Origin: an uncultured Acidobacteriota bacterium
GTDB taxonomy: Bacteria; Acidobacteriota; Vicinamibacteria; Vicinamibacterales; UBA2999
Length of the DNA stretch: 64,000 nt
NCBI GenBank assembly: GCA_963814395.1
Contig: CAWFCS010000001.1
Location: 128,581 to 192,580 of the forward strand
Direction of reading: 5' to 3'
Made by a program: the position numbers and the translations under genes. Positions 35,857 to 46,427 of this stretch are shown in pieces. Within the stretch, counting starts at the first letter, position 1; the number at the start of each line of letters is the position of its first letter. The notes under the pieces are model-generated. The model was not told where the DNA came from and searched no databases. It saw nothing but the letters and a program-made list of their open reading frames with translations.

Positions 35857-37566
35857 CTACCGCTTCTCGTAGACCACCTTGCCGTCGAAGATCGTCGCCA
35901 TCACTGTCACTCCGGTGGGCGCCGCGATGGGCGCCGCCGCCAGGTCGCTGCCGAGCACCACGAGGTCGGCCAGCATGCCCGGTGCCAGCGTGCCCTTGCG
36001 CTGCTCGTCGAACGAGGCGTAGGCCGGCCACGTCGTGTAGCCCGCCAGCGCCTCGTGCAGGCTGAGCCGCTGGTCGGCGGCCTTCTCGGCGCGGATGCGC
36101 GTGGACGCCAGCCACAGGCCCTGGCCGGCTTCGAGCGTGGCCACGGGCCAGTCGCTGCCGAAGGTGAGCCGTCCGCCAGCGGCTTGAATGCTCTTCCATG
36201 CCCACGCCCGCGACGCGCGTCGCGGCCCAATCGGATCCGGCCACGGGCCCTTGGGCACCGCCTGGTTCGTGTCGCCGAGCGCCACGTGAATCGGCTGCTG
36301 CGACGCAATCACGCCGAGGGCGCCGAAGCGGGCGATGTCTTCGGGCGCGATCGCCTCGATGTGTTCCAGGCGATGGCGGCGTCCGCGGGCCGGCGCGGGG
36401 TTGGCCTTGGCGGCGGCCTCGAAGGCATCGAGCGCCATGCGGATCGCCCGATCGCCGATGGCGTGAATCTGAATCTGCCAGCCGCGTTTGTCGAACATGG
36501 CGACGATGCGATTCATCTCGGCGGCGGTCATGTTGGGCGTGCCGGCGCTCTTCGTGCCCACGTAGGGCGCGAGCATGGCCGCGGTCTGGCTCTCGATCAC
36601 GCCGTCGGCATACATCTTCACGATGCCGGTGCGCACGGTGGGGTCGTCGCCGTACCGCTTCCACGCCACGTCCATCGCGTCGACATCGGCCTCGGTGATG
36701 CCGCCCTCTGCGGAGGTGGCCAGATACGCGCGCACGGTGAGGGCGCCGGCCTTGCGGGCGGCGTCGTAGAGGGCCATCTCGGCCACCGAGCCACCCGCGT
36801 TCTGAATGCTCGTGACGCCGAACTGATTGGCATGGGCCACGGCGGCCTCGAGCGCCGCGCGGCGATCCTCGTCGGTCACCTTCGGCAGCACGCCAGCCAG
36901 CAGATCCATCGCCGATTCCTTCAAGTGCCCGGTGGGCTCGCCCGTGCGCGGATCCCGCACGATCACGCCGTTCACGGGATCCTTCGTGGCCTTCGTGATG
37001 CCGGCCAGGGCCAGCACTTTCGCGTTCACCCACACGCTGTGGCCGTCGTAGCAGGTCATCACCGCGGGCCGGTCCGGCACTACGGCATCGAGCTGCGCCG
37101 TGGTGGGGCTGGCGTTGGTGAAGGGGGCATAGAGCCAGCCTCGGCCCTTGATCCACCCATCGCCTGGCTTGGTGGCGGCGAAGGCGCGAATCTTGTCTTG
37201 CACCTGCGCGAGGGTCGTGAGGCCAGCGAGATCCACGTCGCCGAGCGACAGGCCGCCCGACACGAAGTGCACGTGCGAGTCGTTGAAGCCCGGCGCCACG
37301 GTGTGGCCCTGCGCGTCGATCACGCGCGTGGCGGGACCAGCCAGCGCCTTGATCTCATCGGTGGTGCCCACCTTCAGGATGGTGGTGCCCGAGACGGCCA
37401 CGGCCTGCGCGATGGTACCGGCGCTGTCCATCGTGTGCACCTTGCCGTTCACGATGATCAGGTCAGCGGCCGGCGCCGTGCTGGCGGCGGGCGCGGGTGC
37501 GCTCGCGCCACCACAGGCGGCGGAGCAGGCAAGAGCGGCAGCGACGAGGTACGCGCGTAGGGTCAT
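35857..37566 (-). CDS. amidohydrolase-3 family metallohydrolase, lipoprotein-like signal
   Basis: Start MTLRAYLVAAALACSAC. GFNDSHVHF motif. The upstream part of the 821-aa ORF is discounted. Confidence 0.8.
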   Translation of the reverse strand: MTLRAYLVAAALACSAACGGASAPAPAASTAPAADLIIVNGKVHTMDSAGTIAQAVAVSGTTILKVGTTDEIKALAGPATRVIDAQGHTVAPGFNDSHVHFVSGGLSLGDVDLAGLTTLAQVQDKIRAFAATKPGDGWIKGRGWLYAPFTNASPTTAQLDAVVPDRPAVMTCYDGHSVWVNAKVLALAGITKATKDPVNGVIVRDPRTGEPTGHLKESAMDLLAGVLPKVTDEDRRAALEAAVAHANQFGVTSIQNAGGSVAEMALYDAARKAGALTVRAYLATSAEGGITEADVDAMDVAWKRYGDDPTVRTGIVKMYADGVIESQTAAMLAPYVGTKSAGTPNMTAAEMNRIVAMFDKRGWQIQIHAIGDRAIRMALDAFEAAAKANPAPARGRRHRLEHIEAIAPEDIARFGALGVIASQQPIHVALGDTNQAVPKGPWPDPIGPRRASRAWAWKSIQAAGGRLTFGSDWPVATLEAGQGLWLASTRIRAEKAADQRLSLHEALAGYTTWPAYASFDEQRKGTLAPGMLADLVVLGSDLAAAPIAAPTGVTVMATIFDGKVVYEKR

Positions 37567-37594
37567 GGCGGCTCTACGATAGCAGGGGCGCGGG

Positions 37595-38056
37595 TTGCGC
37601 ACCGCCCGGCGATGGGCCATGAGTGTGCGCATGCTGACGCTTCGCGACCTCGGCGCCGCTGCCATCAAGCTGCTCGGCGTCACGTATCTGGCGCAGACCA
37701 TCGTGGGTCTCTTCACACTGTTGGCGATGTTCTTCGTGCCGATGGAGGCGAACCTTCCGGGAGCGGGTGAGATTTTACCCACGCCAGTTGGCATCGCCCT
37801 CGATCGGCTCGACCTCATGGTGGTGTCGCTCGTGGCCATCGGCGTGGCGCTGGCCGCGTCGTCCCTGCCGACGCTGGTGCAGACCGGCGGCACGGCCCTG
37901 TGGTACGCCGAAGCCTCTCGCCAGGCGTTTGCCGACGCCTGGTTCGAGCGCCAGTGGCCAGAGGTGATTCGCGCGGGGCTCGAGCTGACGGTCGGCATGG
38001 CGCTGGCCTTGGCCGCCCGCCCGGCGGCGTCGTGGCTCGACGCGCGGTCGCAGTAG
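37595..38056 (+). CDS. hypothetical membrane protein
   Basis: Several hydrophobic segments. Start uncertain. Confidence 0.4.
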   Translation: MRTARRWAMSVRMLTLRDLGAAAIKLLGVTYLAQTIVGLFTLLAMFFVPMEANLPGAGEILPTPVGIALDRLDLMVVSLVAIGVALAASSLPTLVQTGGTALWYAEASRQAFADAWFERQWPEVIRAGLELTVGMALALAARPAASWLDARSQ

Positions 38057-38103
38057 CGGCCAACCATCTGGCGTCGGGGGTTGATTGCGGGTAGTCTGAG
38101 CCA

Positions 38104-38421
38104 ATGCCGTCTCCCGTGCTGAACCACGCTGACGCGGTGCAGCGTCTCTCGAGCTATGCGTCTGAGATTCGCGCCCTGGGCGTGAGTCGTCTGGCGCTGT
38201 TCGGCTCGGTTCTGCACGGTCGGCCACAGCCCAACAGCGACGTCGATCTGCTCGTGCAATTCGCCGCAGGGGAAAAATCGTACGACCGCTTCGTTGCGCT
38301 GTCCGATCTGCTCGAGCGACATCTCGGCCGGCGTGTCGAGCTGGTGACGACCGAGGCACTATCGCCCTTCATTGGGCCGCGCATCCTCAACGAAGCGGAA
38401 GATGTCCTTCGAGCCGCGTGA
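38104..38421 (+). CDS. mntA: MNT-type nucleotidyltransferase antitoxin
   Basis: ..LFGSVLHGRPQPNSDVDLLV motif. Confidence 0.7.
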   Translation: MPSPVLNHADAVQRLSSYASEIRALGVSRLALFGSVLHGRPQPNSDVDLLVQFAAGEKSYDRFVALSDLLERHLGRRVELVTTEALSPFIGPRILNEAEDVLRAA

Positions 38422-38737
38422 CTTTCTGCGGCATATCCTGGTTGAGGCGGACTACTTGATTGCCCGCTCTGCCGGGCTTTCGTACCCTGAGTTCGCCGCT
38501 GACGAGACGCTGCGGCGCGCGTTCGTACGCAGCCTGGAGATTGTCGGCGAAGCGTCCAAGAAGATCCCGGACGATTTTCGCGCCAGCTATCCACAGGTCG
38601 AGTGGAGCGCCATGGCGCGTATGCGTGACCGGCTCATTCACGCCTATTTTGGCGTGGACTTCGAACTGGTATGGGATGTCGTGCGCCACCGTGTGCCAGA
38701 ACTCAGGGCTCAGGTCGCCGCCATTCTGGACACGTAG
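38402..38737 (+). CDS. hepT: HEPN (DUF86) toxin
   Basis: ..MARMRDRLIHAYFGVD (R-x4-H) motif. Overlaps mntA. Confidence 0.7.
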   Translation: MSFEPRDFLRHILVEADYLIARSAGLSYPEFAADETLRRAFVRSLEIVGEASKKIPDDFRASYPQVEWSAMARMRDRLIHAYFGVDFELVWDVVRHRVPELRAQVAAILDT

Positions 38738-38774
38738 CGGTCCCATCCTGGTCAGGTAACGGTCGAGGCCGGTC

Positions 38775-39374
38775 ATGATGCACCTTGCGCACGCGCTGAT
38801 TGTGGCCACGCTCTTCAGCCAGCCGGCAGCGGCGCAGACCGCTCTCGAGATCGCGCTGGCCCACGACAGCCCGGCCGAAGCGCAGACCAAGGCGCAGTTG
38901 CAGCGCCTGCTGGCCACCCACGACCTGTCGGCGTGGCTCTTCACGCGCACGATCGTGGTGGATGAGCGCGCCGTCCCGCACAGCCATCCCGTGCTCACCC
39001 TGCACACCCGTCACGACAAAGACGACGAGTTGCTGCTTTCCACCTTCGTGCACGAGCAGTTCCACTGGTACCTGTCGAATCGCAAGGACGCGACCGAGGC
39101 GGCGATGGGCGAGTTGCGGAAGCTGTTCCCCTTGCCAGGCGGCACGGCGGCCAACGCGGCCGAGGAGTACTCGACCTACCTGCACCTGGTCGTGTGTTAC
39201 CTCGAACGTCAGGCCGACCTTCGGCTCTTCGGCGAGCTGAAGACCAAGCAGATCATGGACTTCTGGTCGGGCGACCACTACGCGTGGGTCTACCAGATGG
39301 TCACCACGCGCCCGCGCGACATCGGCACGGTGCTGCGCGCCCACAAGTTGAGCCTGCCACAGGGAGCCCCATGA
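38775..39374 (+). CDS. hypothetical exported protein
   Basis: Signal peptide ..LFSQPAAAQ. No family recognised. Confidence 0.5.
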   Translation: MMHLAHALIVATLFSQPAAAQTALEIALAHDSPAEAQTKAQLQRLLATHDLSAWLFTRTIVVDERAVPHSHPVLTLHTRHDKDDELLLSTFVHEQFHWYLSNRKDATEAAMGELRKLFPLPGGTAANAAEEYSTYLHLVVCYLERQADLRLFGELKTKQIMDFWSGDHYAWVYQMVTTRPRDIGTVLRAHKLSLPQGAP

Positions 39375-39895
39375 GCTTCGACCTCACTAGCAGCATCGCG
39401 GTGCTCGAACGCACGCCGGCCACCTTTCGTGCCCTGCTGTCGGACCTGCCCGACGAGTGGATCGCGGCCAACGAGGGCCCGGCCACGTTCAGCCCGTTCG
39501 ACAACCTTGGGCATTTGATTCACGGCGAGCGTACCGACTGGATCCCGCGGGCGCGCATCATCCTGGCGCAAGGCGCCAACCGCACCTTCGAGCCCTACGA
39601 CCGCTTCGCCCAGGTGCGCGAGAGCGCGGGCAAGTCGCTGGCGCAGTTGCTCGATGAGTTCACCGCCCTGCGCGCCGAGAACCTCGCCACGCTGCAGGAA
39701 TGGCGCCTCACCGACGAGCAACTCGCGCTCGAAGGCCAGCATCCGGAGCTGGGGCCCGTGACGCTTCGCCAGTTGCTGGCGGCCTGGGTGGTGCACGACC
39801 TCGGTCACCTGGCGCAGACCTCGCGGGTGATGGCCAAGCAGTATCGCGAGGCCGTGGGCCCATGGCGCGCGTACCTGCCGGTGCTGGACCGCTGA
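39371..39895 (+). CDS. DinB-family protein
   Basis: ..NLGHLIHGE.. and ..VVHDLGHLAQ histidine motifs. Confidence 0.7.
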   Translation: MSFDLTSSIAVLERTPATFRALLSDLPDEWIAANEGPATFSPFDNLGHLIHGERTDWIPRARIILAQGANRTFEPYDRFAQVRESAGKSLAQLLDEFTALRAENLATLQEWRLTDEQLALEGQHPELGPVTLRQLLAAWVVHDLGHLAQTSRVMAKQYREAVGPWRAYLPVLDR

Positions 39896-39908
39896 GGGGT
39901 GCGTCGGC

Positions 39909-40322
39909 ATGGCGCACCTTCACCTCGTCGCGCTGGTCGTGCAGGACTACGACCCAGCCATCCGCTTTTTCGTCGACGTGCTTCAGTTCGAGCTGGTCGA
40001 AGACGTGCCGTCGCTGACCAACGACGGCCGCCCCAAGCGCTGGGTGGTCGTGCGGCCGGTTGGGGGCCAGACCGGCATCCTGCTGGCGCGTGCTGATGGC
40101 GCGCACCAAGCGCAGGCGGTGGGCCAGCAGTTCGCCGGCCGGGTCGGCTTGTTCCTGCGCGTGGACGACGTCGAGGCGAGCTTCGCGCGCATGACGGCTG
40201 CCGGCGTTACATTCGTGTCCGCGCCGCGCACCGAGACCTACGGCACGATCGCGGTGTTTCTCGACCTGGAGGGCAACCGGTGGGACCTCCTGGGCCCTGC
40301 TGGCGTTGCGCCAACCGGCTAA
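39909..40322 (+). CDS. VOC/glyoxalase-family protein
   Basis: ..HLVALVVQDYDPAIRFF..FLDLEGNRWDL. Confidence 0.7.
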   Translation: MAHLHLVALVVQDYDPAIRFFVDVLQFELVEDVPSLTNDGRPKRWVVVRPVGGQTGILLARADGAHQAQAVGQQFAGRVGLFLRVDDVEASFARMTAAGVTFVSAPRTETYGTIAVFLDLEGNRWDLLGPAGVAPTG

Positions 40323-40331
40323 ACTGGCACC

Positions 40332-40721
40332 ATGCTCGGTCGTGTTCTGCTCGCGTGTGCGCTAGCCGCCGGCGTCAAGGGGCCGTCCATCACGGCGCAG
40401 CCCGAGTCTCGGCCGACCATCGACGGTGCATGGGAAGGGTTCGTCACCAATCCCGACGGCGATCCACGCCGGTTCCGCTTCACGTTCGTCACGGACGGTC
40501 CACGTGTGACTGGCACGGTCGCACTCGGCGACGCGGCGGCGGTGCCGTTCAGAGACGCCCGACTTCGTAAGCAGTTGCTCGTGTTCCACCTCGAATCGCG
40601 CGATCGCGATGAGGCACTGCTCTTCAGCGGCCTGATTGGCGACGCTGACATCACGTTCGCCGTCTACCGGGCTCGGGGTAGCGAGCTCAGCGACCCTGTG
40701 CGCTTCACCGCCACGCGGTAA
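40332..40721 (+). CDS. hypothetical exported protein
   Basis: Signal peptide. No family recognised. Confidence 0.45.
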   Translation: MLGRVLLACALAAGVKGPSITAQPESRPTIDGAWEGFVTNPDGDPRRFRFTFVTDGPRVTGTVALGDAAAVPFRDARLRKQLLVFHLESRDRDEALLFSGLIGDADITFAVYRARGSELSDPVRFTATR

Positions 40722-40753
40722 ACTGCACGCGCACCACTCTTCAGGAGACGCGC

Positions 40754-42289
40754 ATGGCAGTTCGGGCTCGCACGCACATCATCCGCATCGCGTTGGCCGT
40801 GGCGATCCCGGCGTTCATGGGCGCGGTCGCGCCGGCGTCGGCGGAGCAGACGTCACTGGCGCAAGACGCGGCCACGCTCGCCGCCGTGGATCGCGCGATG
40901 GAGGCCTACCGCCTCGATGCGCACATCCCCGGCATGGTGTGGGGCATCGTGAAGGACGGCCGCCTCGTGCATGTGAAGGGCGCCGGTGTGCAGGACGTGG
41001 ACACGAAGCGCGCGGTCACGGCCGACACGCTCTTTCGCATCGCCTCGATGACCAAGGCGTTCACCGCACTGTCGATTCTGAAGCTGCGCGACGACGGCAA
41101 GGTGTCGCTCGACTCGCCCGCCGAGACCTACGTGCCGGAACTGCGCGGCTGGAAATACCCGACCGAGGATTCCCCGAAGATCCGCGTGCGCGAGCTGCTC
41201 ACGCACACCGGCGGGCTCGTCACCGACGACCCGTGGGGCGACCGGCAGACGCCCCTGCCCGAAGCCGACTTCACGCGGCTGCTGACGGACGGCGTGCCCT
41301 TCACGCGTCCGCCGGCCACGCAGATGGAGTACTCGAACCTCGGCTACGCGCTGCTCGGCCGCATCGTGGGCAACGTGTCGCAGGGCCCCTACAAAGACTT
41401 CGTGCAGCGCACGCTGCTCACGCCGCTCGGCATGACGGCCACGAGCTACGACGTGACGTCGGCCCCGGCCGACCGTCGAGCCCTCGGCTACCGTTGGGAA
41501 GACAACGCCTGGAAGCTCGAGCCCACGATGGCGCACGGCGCGTTCGGCGCCATGGGCGGCATTCAGACGAGCGCGAACGACTACGCCAAGTGGGTGGCGT
41601 TCTTGCTGCAGGCCTGGCCCCCGCGCGACGGCGCCGACGCCGGTCCGGTGCGGCGATCGAGCGTGCGCGAGCTGGCCCAGGGGGCGAACTTCCCCTCGGT
41701 GCGCATGCGTCCAGGCGCGAGCGGACCCGGGGCGTGCCGCGAGGCCGCCACCTACGCCATGGGCTTCTACGCCGCCTCGGATTGCGAGCTCGGCCTCACG
41801 CTGAGCCACGGCGGCGGCTATCCCGGCTACGGCTCGCACGTGCTCGTGCTGCCGGATTTCGGCGTGGGCATCTTCGCGCTGGCCAATCGCACCTACGCGG
41901 GGCCGCGTGCGCCGGTGTGGGATGCGGCCGTGGCGCTGCTGCGCGCGGGCCACCTGGCGGAGCGTCCGGCCACCGTGTCTCCGGCCCTCGCCACCGCCTA
42001 CGCGGCGGTACGCACCATGTTCGGCTCGGGCTCGGTCACCGCTGCGGGCGACGTGCTGGCCATGAACTTCCTGATGGACCGCGACGCGCAGCACTGGGCC
42101 GGCGACCTCACCGCGCTCAAGGCGCAAGTGGGCACGTGTGACACGGCCGCGCCGATTGCGCCCACCGGCGCGCTGGCGGGCGAGTTCACGTGGACCTGCG
42201 CGCACGGTCGCCTGCAGGGTGAGCTGCTGCTCGCGCCCACGCCGGCGCCGCGGATTCAGTCGCTGAGCCTCACGCGCGCCACGCCATAG
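40754..42289 (+). CDS. serine hydrolase (beta-lactamase/transpeptidase-like)
   Basis: SMTKAF (S-x-x-K) and YSNLGY motifs. Signal peptide. Confidence 0.8.
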   Translation: MAVRARTHIIRIALAVAIPAFMGAVAPASAEQTSLAQDAATLAAVDRAMEAYRLDAHIPGMVWGIVKDGRLVHVKGAGVQDVDTKRAVTADTLFRIASMTKAFTALSILKLRDDGKVSLDSPAETYVPELRGWKYPTEDSPKIRVRELLTHTGGLVTDDPWGDRQTPLPEADFTRLLTDGVPFTRPPATQMEYSNLGYALLGRIVGNVSQGPYKDFVQRTLLTPLGMTATSYDVTSAPADRRALGYRWEDNAWKLEPTMAHGAFGAMGGIQTSANDYAKWVAFLLQAWPPRDGADAGPVRRSSVRELAQGANFPSVRMRPGASGPGACREAATYAMGFYAASDCELGLTLSHGGGYPGYGSHVLVLPDFGVGIFALANRTYAGPRAPVWDAAVALLRAGHLAERPATVSPALATAYAAVRTMFGSGSVTAAGDVLAMNFLMDRDAQHWAGDLTALKAQVGTCDTAAPIAPTGALAGEFTWTCAHGRLQGELLLAPTPAPRIQSLSLTRATP

Positions 42290-42341
42290 CCGACGGTGAG
42301 CCCGACGAAGGTCTCATTGCCGGCAGGCGACGACGCGGCCG

Positions 42342-42797
42342 TCAACGAGCCTTGCGCTTCTTGGCAGGCGTCGCCTTCTTCTTGGGCTTCGGGAGCGGCG
42401 CACCAAACGACCAGGAGTGCCCGAACGGGTCGACCAGTTGGCCAAACCGGTCGCCCCAGAACTGATCTGCGGCGGGCATGACGATCGTGCCGCCCGCCTT
42501 TGCCGCACGTCCCATCCACCGATCGACGTCCTTGGGCGCCGTCAGCTGAACGAACATGCTCACCGCGGTTCCGCCATGCTTCTGCGGCGTGCTGCCGCCG
42601 GTGAACTCCGGAAAATCATCAGACAGATAGAGCGCATGCCCGTTGATCTCGACTTCGGCGTGCATCAAGCGCTTCTTGTCTTCGGCGGGCATGCGCATGA
42701 TCTCTGTGGCGCCGAGCCCCTTCTTGTAGAACGCGATCGCGGCCTTCCCGTCGCTTACCGTCAGATAGGGCACGAGTTGCTTCTGCGTCTTGGCCAT
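42342..42797 (-). CDS. VOC-family (PhnB-like) protein with lysine-rich tail
   Basis: ..LVPYLTVSDGKAAIAFY..FWGDRFGQLVDPFGHSW. Confidence 0.65.
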   Translation of the reverse strand: MAKTQKQLVPYLTVSDGKAAIAFYKKGLGATEIMRMPAEDKKRLMHAEVEINGHALYLSDDFPEFTGGSTPQKHGGTAVSMFVQLTAPKDVDRWMGRAAKAGGTIVMPAADQFWGDRFGQLVDPFGHSWSFGAPLPKPKKKATPAKKRKAR

Positions 42798-42876
42798 CGC
42801 TGTCTCCCCGTCACGTCGAATCTGGCTGCCGTCTGCCGCTTCGGCCGTCGGCTCCGCCATCCTACAACGCGGGACC

Positions 42877-43981
42877 CTACACGTTGAACTTGAAGAGCAG
42901 CACGTCGCCGTCTTTCACGACGTACTCCTTGCCTTCCATGCGGTAGAGGCCCTTCTCGCGGGCCGCGGCCACCGAGCCGCAGGCCACGAGATCGTCGTAG
43001 GCCACGGTCTCGGCCTTGATGAAGCCGCGCTCGAAATCCGAGTGGATCACGCCGGCGGCCTTGGGCGCCGTATCGCCCACGTGGATGGTCCAGGCGCGCA
43101 CTTCCTTTTCACCCGCGGTGAAGTAGGTCTGCAGGCCGAGCAGGTGGTAGGTCGAGCGGATGAGCGAGCCCATGCCGCTTTCGGTCACGCCCAGCTCCTT
43201 CAGGAACTCGTCGCCTTCTTCGGGCGACAGGTCGATGAGCTCGCTCTCGATCTGCGCGCTGATCACCACGGCCTCGCACGACAGGTGCGTCTTCACGTAG
43301 TCGCGCACCTTCACCACGTGGGGATTGGCGTCGGCCGTGGCGAGATCCGAGTCCTTCACGTTGCAGGCGAAGATGGTGGGCTTGTCGCTGAGCAGGAAGA
43401 AGCCCTTGGCCACGGCGCGCTCCTCGGGCTCGAGGGCCACGGTGAGGGCCGGACGCCCGGCTTCGAGCGCCTCGATCGAGCTTGGTCAGCACGGCCTCTT
43501 CGGCGATCGCGGTCTTGTCGCCGCGCTTGGCTTCCTTGGCCACGCGCTCGCGCTTCTTGCTCACCGATTCCAGGTCGGCGAGCATCAGCTCGGTGTTGAT
43601 CACCTCGATGTCGCGCACCGGATCGACGCTGCCCGACACGTGCAGCACGTCGTCGTCCTCGAAGCAGCGCACCACCTGCACGATCGCGTCGACCTCGCGG
43701 ATGTGCGTGAGGAACTTGTTGCCCAGGCCCTCGCCCGTGCTCGCGCCCTTCACCAGACCGGCGATGTCGACGAACTCGACGGCCGCGGGAATGACCACGT
43801 TGGTCTTGGCGATCTTCTGCAGCACGGCCAGGCGCGCATCGGGCACCGTGACGATGCCCACGTTGGGGTCGATGGTGCAGAAGGGGTAGTTGGCGGCCTG
43901 GGCGCCGCGGGTGCGGGTGACGGCGTTGAACAACGTGGACTTGCCGACGTTGGGGAGACCGACGATTCCTGCTCTCAGCAT
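42877..43981 (-). pseudogene. ychF: redox-regulated ATPase YchF, one frame change as sequenced
   Basis: [16 protein letters not shown].. N-terminal half and ..[23 protein letters not shown]-terminal half are in different frames (near 43460). Confidence 0.85.
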
Positions 43982-44053
43982 GTGGAACGTCTATTGTAAC
44001 GGCCCAGCCGGGAATCCGCCCTGGCGCGCTGCCGCAGGCTCGGCGCCGCGCGT

Positions 44054-45199
44054 TCAGTAGCCCAGGCGAATCACGCCGGTCTTCTGGTCGCCCACCGCGC
44101 CCTTGGTGAGCCACTCGAGCGACGCGCCGTACATCAGCAGGTGGTTCTTCTCCCACATCGCGTTGTGCGAGGAACACGCCAGGTCGACCAACACCTTGTC
44201 GGGGGCGCCCAGGTCGTCGTAGGCGATCTTCACGCGGTCGGGGGTCACCTGCTTGTCGAGCACGCCGGCGATGATCATCGTCGGAATCTTCGTGCCGCCA
44301 ATCGCTGCCGCATTCCAGCCCCACGTGGTGGTAGAGGGCGCGCGGCGTACACCCGTGCCCCAGGTGGCGCCCACCGGATCCGACGCCAGCATCTCGGCCC
44401 ACACCGCGTCGCGCGTAGCCGGCTCGTATTGATTCGCGCACCCCACCTGGCGATCCCAGTTGGCGGTGAACTCGCTGCGCGACTGCGTGTTGAAGACCGT
44501 GCCAGGGTTGGGCAGCGCGGGTGCGGTGGCCGCGGCCGTACGGTTGTAGGCGGGCGCAAAGAGCACCATGCGGTGCACCTTGTCGGGATGCTGCGCCGCA
44601 TAGCCGCCCGCGCGCGGACCGCCGAGCGACCACGCCACGAGGCTCACTTTCGCCACGCCGCGCAGCTTCCGGATGTGATCCACCACCGCGTCGATGTCGT
44701 GCCAGTCCGACGCCAGGCTTGTAAGCTGGCCCGGATAGGTGGGCTTGCACGGCGCGGGAATCAGGCTGGGGATGAACTGCGCCTGCTGCGCCTCGGCCAG
44801 GTTGCACGGGTCGCTCATGGCCGCGGGTCTGGTGGAGCGGCCGTAGCCGGTCGTGTCCATCGAGAACACGTCGAAGCCGGCCTGCGCCAGATACGCCATC
44901 CAGCTATGCGTGCCGATGGGCGCGTCGAAGGCCACTTCGGCGGGCGTGCCGGCGCCGTGCACGAAGAGCACCACCTTGTCGGCGGCAGGGGCCCCGCGCA
45001 AGGCCACGCCCGCGCTGACCCGTTCCCGCACGTAGATGTGCGCGAGCTGACCGGAGATCGCCGGCACGTTCGAGGTGAGGCGCACGAAGTGATCGATCGT
45101 GAGCACACGTTGGCCGTCGTCGGCCGCCTGCGGCGACGTCGCCGCCAGCAGCAACACGAGAAGGATCAGGGCAAGGCGCAGCGGCATGACGGTGACCAT
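44054..45199 (-). CDS. alpha/beta hydrolase, secreted
   Basis: Signal MVTVMPLRLALILLVLLLAA. ..LVAWSLGG elbow. Confidence 0.65.
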   Translation of the reverse strand: MVTVMPLRLALILLVLLLAATSPQAADDGQRVLTIDHFVRLTSNVPAISGQLAHIYVRERVSAGVALRGAPAADKVVLFVHGAGTPAEVAFDAPIGTHSWMAYLAQAGFDVFSMDTTGYGRSTRPAAMSDPCNLAEAQQAQFIPSLIPAPCKPTYPGQLTSLASDWHDIDAVVDHIRKLRGVAKVSLVAWSLGGPRAGGYAAQHPDKVHRMVLFAPAYNRTAAATAPALPNPGTVFNTQSRSEFTANWDRQVGCANQYEPATRDAVWAEMLASDPVGATWGTGVRRAPSTTTWGWNAAAIGGTKIPTMIIAGVLDKQVTPDRVKIAYDDLGAPDKVLVDLACSSHNAMWEKNHLLMYGASLEWLTKGAVGDQKTGVIRLGY

Positions 45200-45413
45200 C
45201 GCCGCGCATTCTCGCATGAACCCCGAGCTGCACACCGGCCCATCCGTGTGGGCGGGCCGGCGCTTCCCCTGGCCACTGTGGGTGCCGCCCTGCCGATTTT
45301 GTGGCGCGAGGTGCCACGTGGGCCGGGCTGCCGCCCGTCGACACCTGGCCTGCGTTGTGCACCTGTGTTCCGCGCCGGCCGTACCGTTCGCGGCCGCGCA
45401 TGGAGGAGATGCA

Positions 45414-46010
45414 ATGAAGAACATTCTAAGCGAGACCCTGGCGTTGGGCCTGGTGCTGTCGATGTCACCCGCGGTGATTGGCAGCGTGACCGCGGCCGAC
45501 CTGAGCGTCGTCTTGCAGGCGCCGACCGACGAGATGCTGAAGGATCGCGTGGCCTACCGTCTCGAGACGAGCACGCTGGTGCGCAAGTACGACGTGAAGG
45601 TGAAGGTCGACGGCGGCGTGGCCATGCTGTCGGGCACCGTCGCGACGGCCGCGCAGAAGGCCGAGGCCGAGAAGATCGCCAAGGTCGACGGCGTTACGCG
45701 CGTCGAGAGCACGATTGCCGTCGATGCCGATGTGGACAAGACCCTGGGCGAGCGCATCAAGGGCGGCTTCAGCAAGACCGGCGAGAAGATCAGCGACGGG
45801 TGGATCACCACCAAGCTGAACTGGTTCTTCGTGGGTGAAGACCTGCTCAAGGACAGCAAGATCGACGTCGACACGAAGGACAACGTGGTGACGCTGAAAG
45901 GCACCGTGGCGAGTCAGGCCGGGCGCGCACGCGCGGTCGAACTGGCCAAGGCCACCGAGGGCGTCAAGACCGTCGTGAACCACCTGACCATCAACACCAG
46001 CGTGCATTAG
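45414..46010 (+). CDS. BON-domain protein
   Basis: GGAGGAG SD. Two ..V.V.V..GV..L.G.V... repeats. Confidence 0.75.
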   Translation: MKNILSETLALGLVLSMSPAVIGSVTAADLSVVLQAPTDEMLKDRVAYRLETSTLVRKYDVKVKVDGGVAMLSGTVATAAQKAEAEKIAKVDGVTRVESTIAVDADVDKTLGERIKGGFSKTGEKISDGWITTKLNWFFVGEDLLKDSKIDVDTKDNVVTLKGTVASQAGRARAVELAKATEGVKTVVNHLTINTSVH

Positions 46011-46073
46011 AGACACGAAGAGCCGGCAGGCCAATGGCCTGCCGGCACCGTCGTGGGCCGTGCTCACGCGCCA

Positions 46074-46163
46074 CTACATGCCGCAACCCACCTGGTTGAG
46101 CACGAACCAGAGTGCGACCAGTGAAAACGGCACGCCGAGCAGCCACGCCACTCCATATTTCAT
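46074..46163 (-). CDS. 29-aa hydrophobic peptide (hypothetical)
   Basis: MKYGVAWLLGVPFSLVALWFVLNQVGCGM with GGGAGGGA SD. Unverified. Confidence 0.3.
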   Translation of the reverse strand: MKYGVAWLLGVPFSLVALWFVLNQVGCGM

Positions 46164-46427
46164 GATGTCCCTCCCTATGCCCATGAACAGCAATCTCAGT
46201 GCCACGCAGATCCCAACGCCGGTCGATCCTCGAGTGCCCGGCGGGCCGCCCCCGCTGGAGCCGCCGGTCGTGCCGCCCGATGATCCGAATCTGCCCGACG
46301 TGCATCGTGAGCCGAGCATCGACCCGCCGCGCGATCCGGCGCCGATCGGCGTGCCCTCCGAGCCGCCGCCAGGACTCGTGCCGGAACCGATGCGCCTCGA
46401 CGCGCACGACGGCGCGGGCGCGTAGCC

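Noticed and set aside
35857-38322. An 821-aa ORF as the full amidohydrolase
   Set aside because: The portion upstream of MTLRAYLVAAALACSAC (37566) is low-complexity and overlaps a plausible + strand membrane protein. The lipoprotein-like signal marks the real start.
46178-46425. A proline-rich ORF immediately upstream of the AI-2E transporter
   Set aside because: Low-complexity P-rich translation with no supporting motif or clear RBS. Possibly real but not supportable from sequence alone.
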